Shown: piece after piece, positions 10,029 through 20,500 of the stretch
How positions within the stretch are numbered: the stretch's first letter is position 1
How the letters are laid out: the number at the start of each line of letters is the position of its first letter
Assembly (NCBI GenBank): GCA_015065105.1
Contig: SVQZ01000005.1
Location: forward strand, 35,412-99,411
Length of the DNA: 64,000 nucleotides
Direction: 5' to 3'
Origin: Oscillospiraceae bacterium
Lineage (GTDB): Bacteria; Bacillota; Clostridia; Oscillospirales; CAG-272
The notes under the pieces: generated by a model
Told to the model about the DNA's origin: nothing
Database searches by the model: none
What the model saw: only the letters and a program-made list of their open reading frames with translations
Made by a program: the position numbers and the translations under genes

Positions 10029-10817
10029 CTATAACGGCATGGAAGAGACCTCTTTGTAAAAATCAAGGGTATCAAATCCACGCTCTAAATGATTAAGTAT
10101 ATATTTTTCACACACATCGGCATAATCGGAAAGCTCATCCTCGGCTATCGAATATGAAAATATTCTTTTAGCCTCGCTCGAAAGAACGTATCTTAAGCCC
10201 TTGAGCATTGAAGGGGAAATACGGACAACTATTACGCTCTCAGCTGCGTCACGGCTTTGCACCTCTCCGAGATTCCTTATTCTCTGACAGTCATTACAGA
10301 TAAGTCTGCCGTTCATTATATCGAGAAACATTTCGCCTCCGTCCTTTGAGCAAAAATCACAGCCGTGAAGCTCGGGCATATATCCCGACTGCGCCATGGC
10401 GCGGAACTCAAAGGTCGCCTTTATCAAGGGAAGGGGCAAAGTACCCTTTTGTATCATAAAAAGAGTATTCAGAGCAAGCTGAAGCATTTCGCTTTCGTCG
10501 TTATTCTCAACACTTAATTCCCTTGCAATATCAAGAACATACTGGGCAAGGGAAAAACGCACAAGATCGTCATTGAGATCAAGAAAGGAATGTATCACGT
10601 CCCCGCTTACAAGATTATAGCTGTCGCCCTTGCGGTTTATAATAAATCTGCAATACTGCAACGGCATCGAATATACAAGAGAACCTCTTTTGATATTTCT
10701 TACATGATTTGCGTAAACCGATATCTTTCCGTATTTTGCGGTAAGCACGGTTAAAAACTTATCGCTTTCCTTAAGTATTGTTTGTGACAGTATCAGACCT
10801 TCTATGCTTTCGCGCAT
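10029..10817 (-). CDS. recO: DNA repair protein RecO
   Basis: 262 aa. OB-fold-like N-terminus and CDFC...CNDC zinc motif. Conserved position downstream of era. Confidence 0.85.
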   Translation of the reverse strand: MRESIEGLILSQTILKESDKFLTVLTAKYGKISVYANHVRNIKRGSLVYSMPLQYCRFIINRKGDSYNLVSGDVIHSFLDLNDDLVRFSLAQYVLDIARELSVENNDESEMLQLALNTLFMIQKGTLPLPLIKATFEFRAMAQSGYMPELHGCDFCSKDGGEMFLDIMNGRLICNDCQRIRNLGEVQSRDAAESVIVVRISPSMLKGLRYVLSSEAKRIFSYSIAEDELSDYADVCEKYILNHLERGFDTLDFYKEVSSMPL

Positions 10818-10819
10818 TA

Positions 10820-11716
10820 TTATTCTCCGATATTATCGTTAAAGCCGAAATTATTAAGATTAAAGCTGCTGTCTCTCCAATTCTCCTTTACCTTTACCCA
10901 AAGGTCAAGAAACACCTTTGTTCCGAAGAACTTTTCCATATCCTCGCGGGCATAACTGCCTATGGTCTTTAGAGAAGCTCCGTGCTTGCCTATAATGATT
11001 CCCTTATGGGACTGCTTTTCGCAGAATATCTCGGCACGTATCTTCAAAAGCTTGGGGGTCTCCTCAAAGGCTTCGATAACAACAGCCGTACCGTGAGGGA
11101 TCTCATCGTCCATGGTGCGAAGAAGCTTTTCGCGGATGATCTCAGCCGCGATCTGACGTTCGGGCTGGTCGGTAACAGCATCCTCGGGGAAGAACCATAT
11201 TCCCTCCTCCATAAACTTTTCGGTTTCGTCAAGCACTATATCAACACCGTCATTCTTAAGGGCGGAGATAGGAACTATCGAAGAAAAGTCATAAAGAGGC
11301 GCGTATTCCTGAATCGTTTCCGCAACCTTTCCGGGATCGGACTTATCAGTCTTATTGATGACCAGAAGCGCAGGCATGTCCGCTTTTTTAAATTTCTCGA
11401 TAAGACCGAGCTCTATATTATGGGGTCTTGCACCTGCTTCTACAACAAGAATTGCGGCATCCACGTCACCGATAGCCCCCGAAACAGCCTTAACCATAAA
11501 ATCACCCAATTTGGTCTTGGGATTATGCATTCCGGGAGTATCAAGGAAAACGAACTGTGTTTCGCCTCTTGTTAAGATACCGGTTATTCTGTTTCTTGTG
11601 GTTTGGGGCTTTTTGGAGATTATCGCTATTTTTTCTCCCAAAAGCGCGTTAAGTAATGTGGACTTACCAACGTTGGGTCTGCCTACTATTGCTACAAATC
11701 CTGTTTTTTTCATCAA
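10820..11716 (-). CDS. era: GTPase Era
   Basis: 298 aa. G1 motif GRPNVGKSTLLN, then KPQTTRN, DTPG and NKTD. C-terminal KH domain. Confidence 0.95.
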   Translation of the reverse strand: MMKKTGFVAIVGRPNVGKSTLLNALLGEKIAIISKKPQTTRNRITGILTRGETQFVFLDTPGMHNPKTKLGDFMVKAVSGAIGDVDAAILVVEAGARPHNIELGLIEKFKKADMPALLVINKTDKSDPGKVAETIQEYAPLYDFSSIVPISALKNDGVDIVLDETEKFMEEGIWFFPEDAVTDQPERQIAAEIIREKLLRTMDDEIPHGTAVVIEAFEETPKLLKIRAEIFCEKQSHKGIIIGKHGASLKTIGSYAREDMEKFFGTKVFLDLWVKVKENWRDSSFNLNNFGFNDNIGE

Positions 11717-11764
11717 ATACCTCTATAAAAACATATAATTATATATATTATACTATATTTACGT

Positions 11765-12232
11765 TCAACGTGCAATACCCATATTGCACAAAATTTCTTC
11801 CTGGCGGGAAAACATTTCACTTTCCTGAGCCCTTCCCTCCTCATGGTCATAGCCCAGGAGGTGAAGCATGGAGTGAACGCATAAAAACGCGATCTCTCTT
11901 TCAAAGGAATGTCCGTATTCCTCTGCCTGCGCTCTTGCCTTTTCAAGAGAAAGCACTATATCACCCAAAACCGCCTTCGAACCCATATCATCCTCGTCGA
12001 ATATCGGGAACGAAAGCACGTCGGTTGGTCTGTCAACACCGCGGTATTCGCGGTTTAACCCGTGAATGGTATCATTATCGCAAAGCGTTACCGAAACCTC
12101 GCATTTTTTCTCAACCTTTTCGTATTTCAGGCTTTCGGCTATTGCCGAAACTATAAGGCTTTTGATCTCTTTCGTAACGTCGATTATATCCTGCTCATTT
12201 GTTATAAAAACGTCGTGGCCGTTTTTCCTCAT
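11765..12232 (-). CDS. ybeY: rRNA maturation RNase YbeY
   Basis: HSMLHLLGYDHEEG zinc-binding motif. ORF runs to 12265. I prefer the ATG at 12232 (MRKNGHDVFITNEQD) because it gives less overlap with phoH. The start is uncertain. Confidence 0.88.
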   Translation of the reverse strand: MRKNGHDVFITNEQDIIDVTKEIKSLIVSAIAESLKYEKVEKKCEVSVTLCDNDTIHGLNREYRGVDRPTDVLSFPIFDEDDMGSKAVLGDIVLSLEKARAQAEEYGHSFEREIAFLCVHSMLHLLGYDHEEGRAQESEMFSRQEEILCNMGIAR

Positions 12233-13214
12233 TTTTCTCTTTTCTCTCCTTGTCGTATTTCTCATAAGCCTTGATTATCTTCTGTACAAGATGGTGACGT
12301 ACAACGTCACGCTCGGTAAAGCGGTGGATCTCGATATCCTCTATACCCTCAAGTATTCTTGTTGCCTCAACAAGACCGCTCTTTTTGCCGAAGGGCAGGT
12401 CGGTCTGAGTGACGTCACCCGTTACCACCGCCTTGGAGTTAAAGCCGAGACGTGTCAAAAACATCTTCATCTGTTCGGGGGTAGTATTCTGCGCCTCATC
12501 GAGAATGATAAAGGAATCATCCAACGTTCTTCCTCTCATATAGGCAAGGGGGGCAATTTCTATAGTTCCTCTTTCAAGATATCTCGCATAATTTTCGGGT
12601 CCCATCATCTCAAAAAGAGCATCGTACAAGGGGCGCAGATAGGGGTCTATCTTACTTTGAAGATCTCCGGGAAGATAGCCTAATCTCTCTCCAGCTTCAA
12701 CTGCAGGACGTGTAAGTATTATACGGTTTACCTGCTTCGCACGCAAAGCCTTTACAGCCATAGCAACGGCAAGAAACGTTTTACCCGTACCTGCAGGACC
12801 GATACCCATAACTATGGTGTTTTTTGCTATAGCCTCAACGTATTTTTTCTGTCCCACGGTCTTTGCCTTGATGGGCTTTCCGCGGTTTGTAATACAGATG
12901 CAATCGTCGTCAAAGCCCCTCAATTCATCCTGCCTTCCGTCCTTGACCATATCCACGATATACTGAATACTCTGGGCAGAAAGCTCGGAATTGAGATTCA
13001 CCATACGCTTCATATAGCTAACGGCATCTGCGGCATTTTCCACAGCCTCGTCATCTCCGGTTATAACTATAGCGTCTCCCGCGGTCTTTTCGGTATCTCT
13101 GTTGTTTATCTCAACACCGAAGGCCTTTTCGATTATGGTAATGTTAGAATCAAAGCTGCCGAAGATTGCGGCAGTCTGTTCTATTGAGTCTGTTAAAATA
13201 ATTCTTTGAGCCAT
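12195..13214 (-). CDS. phoH: PhoH-family ATPase
   Basis: 339 aa. Walker A GIGPAGTGKTFLAV, then ...IILDEAQNTT.... Conserved yqfD-phoH-ybeY neighbourhood. Confidence 0.9.
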   Translation of the reverse strand: MAQRIILTDSIEQTAAIFGSFDSNITIIEKAFGVEINNRDTEKTAGDAIVITGDDEAVENAADAVSYMKRMVNLNSELSAQSIQYIVDMVKDGRQDELRGFDDDCICITNRGKPIKAKTVGQKKYVEAIAKNTIVMGIGPAGTGKTFLAVAMAVKALRAKQVNRIILTRPAVEAGERLGYLPGDLQSKIDPYLRPLYDALFEMMGPENYARYLERGTIEIAPLAYMRGRTLDDSFIILDEAQNTTPEQMKMFLTRLGFNSKAVVTGDVTQTDLPFGKKSGLVEATRILEGIEDIEIHRFTERDVVRHHLVQKIIKAYEKYDKERKEKNEEKRPRRFYNK

Positions 13215-13229
13215 TGTGGCATCCTTTCA

Positions 13230-14399
13230 TTACTGTGTTTTTATATCTTTAGGCATTGCTATATCAAGCCTGCATTTTATTTTACAGGTAAGTATATACG
13301 AATCCTTTGTGTTTTCCCCGTTCGTTTCTATCGAAATTATCTCGGACGAAAAAAGCTCTTCTTCTATCCTCTTTTTCATACGCGCCTCGGCGACCCTTCC
13401 CGCCTCATCGGGAGTATAGGTGAAATCCTCTACGATATATTCACGCATAACCTCTTTTTCTATCGAAAGAGGCAGCTCTATAACATCAAAAACAACTGCA
13501 CCGTTGCTTTCCCTCGAGGTCGTATATTCACAATAATCGGGCGTAGCTTCAAGACTTAAAGGCAGGGTGAGATCAAAGAAACGAAGGCTCTTTTTCTCAC
13601 ATTCCCTATCGGTAAACACCTGCTTTTTATATGAGTACATAACCTCCTCGCAGAACGTCAGCTCCACCAAAGCCCTAACCTCCGCATCCGCTCTGCAGAG
13701 CCTAACCTCGCCATGCTTTGAATCAACTATACCGCTGACTAAAATATCGCCTTTTTTTACTACACTGCCGCTTTCGACCATGCTTTTTCCGCTGTAAACC
13801 GAAAAGCTCTCGATTATTCCGTCATAGCCTGCCACAAGGTTTCTCGGTGTACTGTTCAGCTCATCGTAGATCCTTTTATCCTGTATCTCAACGTATGCTA
13901 CCGTACCCTTGAGATTTACCGATATCCATGAGCAGTCCTTATATTTATTAACGTAATCGATACAAAGATCCTCAAAATCTATTGACGGTACAAAGCTCCC
14001 CTCAAAGCATCCGAGAGTTTTGAGATTTGCCAATATCTCGTTATGCGGAATATCGGTATCACTTACCACCTTTACCTCCCAGATAAACAAGGATGAGGAA
14101 AGCAAAAGTATGAAAAAAAGGAACAGACCCACAAGTAATCCTGCTCTGTTTTTGTGAGCTTTGCAGATAAAGCGTAAACCTCTACCTTTTACACTATAAA
14201 CCCTTAATTGATATTTGTCAAGAAGAGAAAGGAGGTTTTTGTAATCTTTTTCAAGCAAGCTGAACTCAAAACGCTCATCCTCCCCTCTTTTAAGTCCCCA
14301 ATATCCGATATTGTTACGCAGCATAATATTGAGTACCCTTATCCCGTACCCCTTTTCACAAAAGACTTTTCTGTATCCGTACAACCATTTTACAAGCAT
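13230..14399 (-). CDS. yqfD: Sporulation protein YqfD
   Basis: 389 aa with one central transmembrane segment (AGLLVGLFLFFILLLSSSLFIW). Position between yqfC and phoH matches other spore formers. Confidence 0.8.
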   Translation of the reverse strand: MLVKWLYGYRKVFCEKGYGIRVLNIMLRNNIGYWGLKRGEDERFEFSLLEKDYKNLLSLLDKYQLRVYSVKGRGLRFICKAHKNRAGLLVGLFLFFILLLSSSLFIWEVKVVSDTDIPHNEILANLKTLGCFEGSFVPSIDFEDLCIDYVNKYKDCSWISVNLKGTVAYVEIQDKRIYDELNSTPRNLVAGYDGIIESFSVYSGKSMVESGSVVKKGDILVSGIVDSKHGEVRLCRADAEVRALVELTFCEEVMYSYKKQVFTDRECEKKSLRFFDLTLPLSLEATPDYCEYTTSRESNGAVVFDVIELPLSIEKEVMREYIVEDFTYTPDEAGRVAEARMKKRIEEELFSSEIISIETNGENTKDSYILTCKIKCRLDIAMPKDIKTQ

Positions 14400-14674
14400 T
14401 TTCCTTCCTCCAGACGAACTCCCTTTATCCTGCCCTTAACGGTAACGTGGGAACAAAAATAACTCTTCAGGGTCATATTTTCACCCTCAATACATAGTAT
14501 AAAATCGGGAGTTTTCAAATGAATACGTTCGCTCTCATACAGAAGTATGGCCTTGCAGTTCTCAACACTTACCTCGCTGTTCTGAATAATATTTATAACA
14601 CAGCTCCCCAAAAAGATATCCTCGGGAAGAAGAGCACCGTCGGATAAACGTTTGGTAAATCTCTCTCTTTTCAT
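14390..14674 (-). CDS. yqfC: YabP/YqfC-family sporulation protein
   Basis: 94 aa. Overlaps the yqfD start by 10 nt. Size and context match. Confidence 0.75.
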   Translation of the reverse strand: MKRERFTKRLSDGALLPEDIFLGSCVINIIQNSEVSVENCKAILLYESERIHLKTPDFILCIEGENMTLKSYFCSHVTVKGRIKGVRLEEGKCL

Positions 14675-14713
14675 TTTTTCCTCCTTAAAGCTATTCTTTT
14701 TATTTTATGCGAG

Positions 14714-15649
14714 GTGTTTTACATTAATTACATACCGAAAAAACGAAGTCTTATTCCCTTTCTTGCCCTCACTCTTTATATAGCCGTCACACTATTCACA
14801 GAGGTCTGTGCCGACGGTGTCAAGGCAGCGTTGGAACTCTGTCTGTTCACTCTGCTTCCCTCCCTTTTTCCCTTCTGCTTTGCAACCAACCTTCTCCTTG
14901 AATGCGATTTTGAAAAGAGCATATCAAGACCCTTTTCAAAGCCTTTCAAAAGACTTTTTCATCTTGATCCCAACCTTGTTTTTCCTTATATCATCGGCAT
15001 GATCTCAGGCTATCCCCAAGGCAGTATCGCAGTTATGAATATATACAAAAAAGGGGGATGTACAAGGGCGGAAGCGGAGCACGCTCTGTCTTTTTGCAAC
15101 AATACCGGCATAGGCTTTATAATTGGTGTATGCCGTACCCTTGGCTTTTCAAAATGGGATACCTTATGCATTTTTTCCGCACAATTTGCCGCATCCCTTC
15201 TGTATGCCCTCATTTTCAGACCTAAAAATTACCCCAAAGAAATAAAAGCAGATAAAAAAAACGAAAAGGATATAGGATTTAATGTTTTTTCAAAGGCTCT
15301 TACGGGATCTCTTTATCCTATGGCTCTTGTCTGCGGTTACGTAATGATATTCGGGGTAATATCCGAATTTGCAGAACGTTTTTTCGCCTTTTTATCATTT
15401 TCTCCCGCTTTTTGCGCTTTTCTTTTCTCCTTTTTAGAAATCAGCAATGCCTCTTACCGTATCTCCCTCCTTCCCTCTGCCCTCGCTCTCCCCCTTTTGT
15501 CGTTCGCAGTTGTTTTCTCGGGACTTTGCGTGCATTTACAGATATACAGCTGTGTAAGGGGCGTCCTCAAAACAAAAAAGCTTATATTAAACAAGCTGTT
15601 TCAAGCAGTATTTGCATTTTTGATAACGTTATTTGTAAAAATGACTTGA
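14714..15649 (+). CDS. Polytopic membrane protein, YlbJ-like (nucleoside-recognition/sporulation integral membrane protein family)
   Basis: 311 aa with many hydrophobic segments. The N-terminus (GVKAALELCLFTLLPSLFPF) resembles YlbJ-type proteins. GTG start with a weak Shine-Dalgarno, so the start is uncertain. Confidence 0.5.
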   Translation: MFYINYIPKKRSLIPFLALTLYIAVTLFTEVCADGVKAALELCLFTLLPSLFPFCFATNLLLECDFEKSISRPFSKPFKRLFHLDPNLVFPYIIGMISGYPQGSIAVMNIYKKGGCTRAEAEHALSFCNNTGIGFIIGVCRTLGFSKWDTLCIFSAQFAASLLYALIFRPKNYPKEIKADKKNEKDIGFNVFSKALTGSLYPMALVCGYVMIFGVISEFAERFFAFLSFSPAFCAFLFSFLEISNASYRISLLPSALALPLLSFAVVFSGLCVHLQIYSCVRGVLKTKKLILNKLFQAVFAFLITLFVKMT

Positions 15650-15703
15650 AAAAAATTTAAATATAGGTTATACTGATTTTAATAACGAAAAGGATGTGAA
15701 AAG

Positions 15704-15913
15704 ATGTCCAAAAAGAACAGCTACGAAATAACCAAGGTGTGCGCCTTCTGCGAGCTTGCGGAATGTATGCATGACAAAGAAAAAATGCTTTGCTCCTTAA
15801 AGGGTGTGGTCTCTGCAGGATATAAATGCAAGAAATTTCTTTACGACCCATTAAAAAGAAGCCCCGAGCCGATCCGGATAATAAAAGTATCGCCCGAAGA
15901 TCTTATGCTTTAA
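15704..15913 (+). CDS. Small Cys-rich hypothetical protein
   Basis: 69 aa. CAFC-x4-C-x8-C-x11-C pattern. AAGGA upstream of the ATG. No family recognised. Confidence 0.5.
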   Translation: MSKKNSYEITKVCAFCELAECMHDKEKMLCSLKGVVSAGYKCKKFLYDPLKRSPEPIRIIKVSPEDLML

Positions 15914-15919
15914 TATAAC

Positions 15920-15959
15920 AACCTCCCTTATCCCTGCATAAAATGCAGTAAGGGAGGTT
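15920..15959 (+). promoter_or_regulatory. Stem-loop that occludes the Shine-Dalgarno of the DUF3343 gene
   Basis: aacctccctta (15920-15930) pairs with taagggaggtt (15949-15959). An inner ctgca/tgcag stem lies between them. The 3' arm contains the GGGAGG located 6-7 nt before the ATG at 15966. Confidence 0.4.
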
Positions 15960-15965
15960 TAATAT

Positions 15966-16199
15966 ATGGGAAAAAGAAATAACCGATGTCTCCTTGCTCT
16001 CCCCTCCGTAACCTATGCCATGAGAGCAAGTGAGCTTCTAAAAAACTACGGTATCGATTCAAGGGTACTCTCCCTCGACCCCTCAATGACAAAAAAGGGA
16101 TGCGCCAACGGAATCGAGACCGACTGCAAAAATCTTTTGAGAGCAAAGAATATACTCCTTGAACGGAATATCCCCATAAGTGAGATAAGGGGAGGCTGA
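15966..16199 (+). CDS. DUF3343-like putative S/Se carrier protein
   Basis: 77 aa. Size, the LLALPSVTYAMRASELLK... pattern and position directly upstream of a class-V aminotransferase fit DUF3343. This rests on my recollection of the family, not a search. Confidence 0.6.
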   Translation: MGKRNNRCLLALPSVTYAMRASELLKNYGIDSRVLSLDPSMTKKGCANGIETDCKNLLRAKNILLERNIPISEIRGG

Positions 16200-16200
16200 A

Positions 16201-17349
16201 ATGGGAGAGCTGATATATTTAGACAACGCCGCCACAAGCTTTCCAAAGCCCGCATCTGTATATCATGAGGTCAGACGGTGTATAGAGGAATATTGCGGAA
16301 ATCCCGGGAGAAGCGGTCACTCGCTCTCCCTTGCCGCCGCAAAAACGGTATATGAATGCAGGCAGGAATTAGCCGCGCTTTTTGAATGTGAAAATACAGA
16401 GAACGTTATATTCACGCTGAATACCACCCACAGTCTGAATATGGCACTCAAGGGACTTATGAGCGATAACGATCATGTACTTATCTCAAATATAGAGCAT
16501 AATTCGGTATATCGTCCCGTCATGGCATCCGGATGTAAATTCGATATATTCAACAGCTATCAGCCAAAGGAAAAGCTCTTAAAGGAGATAAGCGAAAAGC
16601 TGAGAGCCGACACAAAAATGATAATTTGCAGTCATGCCTCAAATATATCCCCTATCTGTAACCCGATAAAGGAGATAGGAGCTATGGCAAAGCGAAGAGG
16701 GATATATTTCATAGTTGACGCTGCCCAGAGTGCGGGCATACATCCCATCAGCATGAAAAAATCAAATATAGATGCCCTCTGCATCCCCGCCCACAAGGGA
16801 CTATACGGAATACAGGGCTGCGGCGCTCTGCTGCTCTCCTCAAAATTCGAGGGGGATAAGGGAGAAAGAATAAAATGTCTGACCGAGGGCGGTAACGGAG
16901 TTGCCTCCTTTGAACCGTTTATGCCCAAAAGACTCCCGGAACGTCTTGAAAGCGGTACTCTGCCCACCCCTGCCATTGCAGGTCTGCTTGCGGGTATAAG
17001 GGCGGTAAAAGAAACGGGAACGGATAATATTCGAGCACATGAATATCTTCTTTGCAAAAGACTTCGCGAAAACCTTAAAAGCTTAAGAGGAGTAAAGCTC
17101 TACTGCCCAGAGTTTTCAAAAACAAATATAATTCTTTTTAACCTTTTGAGTAAAAGCTCTATAGAAACAACAGAGCTTTTAGACCGTGAAGGGGTATGTG
17201 TAAGGGGAGGCTTTCATTGTTCCCCCTTGGCACATAAGCTGTTAAAAACGGGAGAAAACGGTGCAGTCCGCGTTTCACCCGGAGGCTTCAACACCCTTGA
17301 AGAGATCGACAGATTTACAGACATACTGTACAAAATAAACCGTCTTTGA
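16201..17349 (+). CDS. Cysteine desulfurase-family class-V aminotransferase (PLP-dependent)
   Basis: 382 aa. IYLDNAATSFPKP start, ...FIVDAAQSAG..., and PLP-lysine context IPAHKGLYG. Confidence 0.85.
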   Translation: MGELIYLDNAATSFPKPASVYHEVRRCIEEYCGNPGRSGHSLSLAAAKTVYECRQELAALFECENTENVIFTLNTTHSLNMALKGLMSDNDHVLISNIEHNSVYRPVMASGCKFDIFNSYQPKEKLLKEISEKLRADTKMIICSHASNISPICNPIKEIGAMAKRRGIYFIVDAAQSAGIHPISMKKSNIDALCIPAHKGLYGIQGCGALLLSSKFEGDKGERIKCLTEGGNGVASFEPFMPKRLPERLESGTLPTPAIAGLLAGIRAVKETGTDNIRAHEYLLCKRLRENLKSLRGVKLYCPEFSKTNIILFNLLSKSSIETTELLDREGVCVRGGFHCSPLAHKLLKTGENGAVRVSPGGFNTLEEIDRFTDILYKINRL

Positions 17350-17368
17350 AAAGGACGGTTTATTTTTA
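17335..17368 (+). terminator. Intrinsic terminator of the desulfurase gene
   Basis: ataaaccgtc / gacggtttat 10-bp stem followed by TTTTT. The stop codon lies in the loop. Confidence 0.7.
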
Positions 17369-17526
17369 TTCACTGACAAATATAAACAAATTTCTCCTTT
17401 ACAAAGGTGTATTATAAATCTACAAGGACGGCAAAAATCGCCATCCTTGCCAAACAGCACGCCGGGTACACCGAATCCCGTCCGTACCCAAAGCGAAAAA
17501 AACCAAGCAAAAACAAAGGAGAAAAA

Positions 17527-20500
17527 ATGAAAAGAATCACAAAAAGAAGCTTAAGCATGATATTGTCTATACTGATGATATTCCACCTCTTTCCCTACGG
17601 AGCATCGGGAAATAAATCAACGAAAAGCATCTCTTCATATGACCCCGTACCCGAAATTACGGATAATAACGTCATCGAAGTCCAACAAGAAGAACCTCCC
17701 TACGTTTTATACGAAGAAGAAAATTTAAGAGAAGAAAGGGTAAAGCATTACAGAATGAGCAACGGAAGCTTCGCGGCAGTAGAGTTTCCCTATTCTGTAC
17801 ATTATGAAAATGAGGATAAAAGTTATTCAGAGATAGACAATACCCTCATAAAGGGAGAAGACGGGTACAGTAACCGGGAAAACGACGTCAACTACACCTT
17901 CAGTACTGATACAGATACAAACGAAATTCTTGACATAAGCTACGGCAGTTATGAGCTTGAGATAGATTTTACCGGAGTAACGTCGGAATTGCCGCTTTCC
18001 GATAATACATCAGACCTTGAAACAAAAAGCAAAAGCTCGAATAAAAGCATTGAGATAATCAACCCCGAAGACAGAGTAACAGAAGAAAAGAACGGGACCG
18101 TCTCTGCCTTTACCACACGCGAAGGGCCTCTTAATATTGAAAAGCCCTCTGTCGAGGACGTACTAAGCAATCAAATTAAAAACGAGTCCTCGATAAAATA
18201 TATAAATATCACAAAGGGTATAGACTTAAGATATGATATATCAGGCAACGAGTTAAAGGAATACATAATATTAAAGGAGAAGCCCGAAGGTAATATCTTC
18301 AGTTTTAATATGAAGCTCGACGGACTTATACCTGTATTAAATAACGATAAGAGCGTTTCGATATGCGATAAGGATTTCAACAGGATATTTATGATCCCCG
18401 CGCCCTTTATGACCGATGCTTCGGGCGTAGTGTCATATGACTGCGAATACATAATTGAAGAAAGCGGCGAGGGCATAAGCTTTAAGATATCGGCAAACAA
18501 GGAATGGCTTGATTCCGAAGACCGAAGCTATCCCGTTATGATAGACCCTGCATTGAACGTTACGGGCGAGGACAAAACAAATGCAATGACCACGTCCTAT
18601 TATGCAGCCGGTGCCAATACCGTGAATACTGCCATGCAGGAGATATACATGGGGTACGATTCATGGTATGATGGTGAATATATAGGATATTTAAAGGTAA
18701 ATACATTACCCGCGATCCCTTACGGCGCATCCCCTGTAAAGGCATACGTTTATCTCGGCCACTATGCCTATGACGGCGAAAGCATGGAGAGCTTGAACGT
18801 GTCCGCAAGAGCGGTCACGGGAAACACATGGTACACTCAGTATTCTAATACCGTCCTTGACTATACCGTATTATCCGATGATACGGTGGGAGAATTTGTG
18901 AGCTGGGATATCTCGGATGCGGCAAAGGGATGGTATATATTCAACAGTGATCCCGAGGAAGACAACGCTCTTGAAAACAAGGGCATAGTATTCGTTTCGG
19001 AGCATGACCTTAATGACAGTTATAATGCGAAAGCTACCCTGTACGGATTTCATAACCTTAATTTTAACGAAGGCTGTAAGCCCAAATTCGTCGTGTACTA
19101 TCAGAACATGATAGGCATGGAGCAAAGATACAGCAGCAACACTCAGAATATCGGAAGAGCGGGAACGGGAAATATACGAGCATACGACGCAGACCTTACC
19201 TTACTGAGAAATGACGCATCCTTTTCAAGCACGGCAATGTCATTTACCGTAAGCCATATATATAACACAAAATACCATAAAAATCATTTCACCTCAAACG
19301 GCACGGTCCTCAACACCAAAAACTATGACCAGATGTTCGTGGGCAAGGGATGGAAGCTAAATCTGCAGCAGACCGTGGTTGAAAAGCAGATAACCGATAT
19401 AAACGGAAACGCCCAAAGCTATCTTATATATACCGACGAAGACGGAACCGAGCATTATTTCAACAAGGATCCCGACAATAATACTCGATATATAGACGAA
19501 GAAGGTATGGATCTGACCGCCTTCAGCGAAAACGGCGAATGGATAATAAAAAGCGAAAAGGACGTTAGGATGTATTTCTGTAACGGCTACCTGTATAAGA
19601 TAGAGGATGCCAACGGGAACTACGTAGAAATATATTACGGCGATTCCGCGCAGAATACCGCAGGAACCGAGCACAAGCCTGCGGAAAACAGAAACAGAAT
19701 ACTTGAAATAAAGCAGACAGCGGCAGGCGGTACAACAAAAAGTATAGCCCGTTTCAGCTATGCGTCAGACAACTTCCTGTATTCGGTAACCGATATCGCA
19801 GGAAGAAGAACCACCATAGAATATACAGGCATAGGCCAGATAGACTATTTTAAGGACTGTGACGGTGTAAGGAGTAAGTATATCTATGATTCCCAAACGT
19901 CTGCGGGTAAGCTCATTTCCGCCTATGACAGCGGATCGGGTTACGGAATTGACTACGCATATAAAGGACTTTCGGTAGTCGCCTTTAATGAGTTTTGCTC
20001 AAATCATGACAACAACTGCAATCCCGTAAACAAAACAACGGGTGCATCCTATTGGTATAACACATCGGGAGATAAGGTAACGTATTTCAGGTATTCAGGT
20101 GCGGACAGAACGCTAAATACCGCAGACGATATAGTAACCACCTATCTTTTCGATGACTATGCAAGAACGGTAAACTGCTACAGCGCAAATACGAAGATAA
20201 CCGACGGTACGCAAGCGTTTTCGCTTTACGGAACAGGTGCGGCGGCATACACCCCCACAAGCATATCCGCCCCCGAAAAGAACAACAGAATAAGCGCAGA
20301 GACCTCCAGCGGCAGAGTGGCGGTAAATCTGCTCATGAATCCGAGCGCCGAGGGTAACGGCTCATATTGGCAGCTGCAAAACGGCGGAAGCTTGAATTCG
20401 GTCCTTGAAAACGTAAGAAGCGGTGAAAAATCGATAAAGCTCAAGGGCACGGGCGCTTATGCCTGCCAGACAAGACAGATAAAAAGCGCGGGCAAACATA

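Noticed and set aside
17407-17526. The 40-codon N-terminal extension of the Rhs ORF given in the ORF track (start at 17407)
   Set aside because: It has no Shine-Dalgarno, and the extension is basic and non-signal-like. The ATG at 17527 has AGGAG 5 nt upstream and yields a textbook signal peptide.
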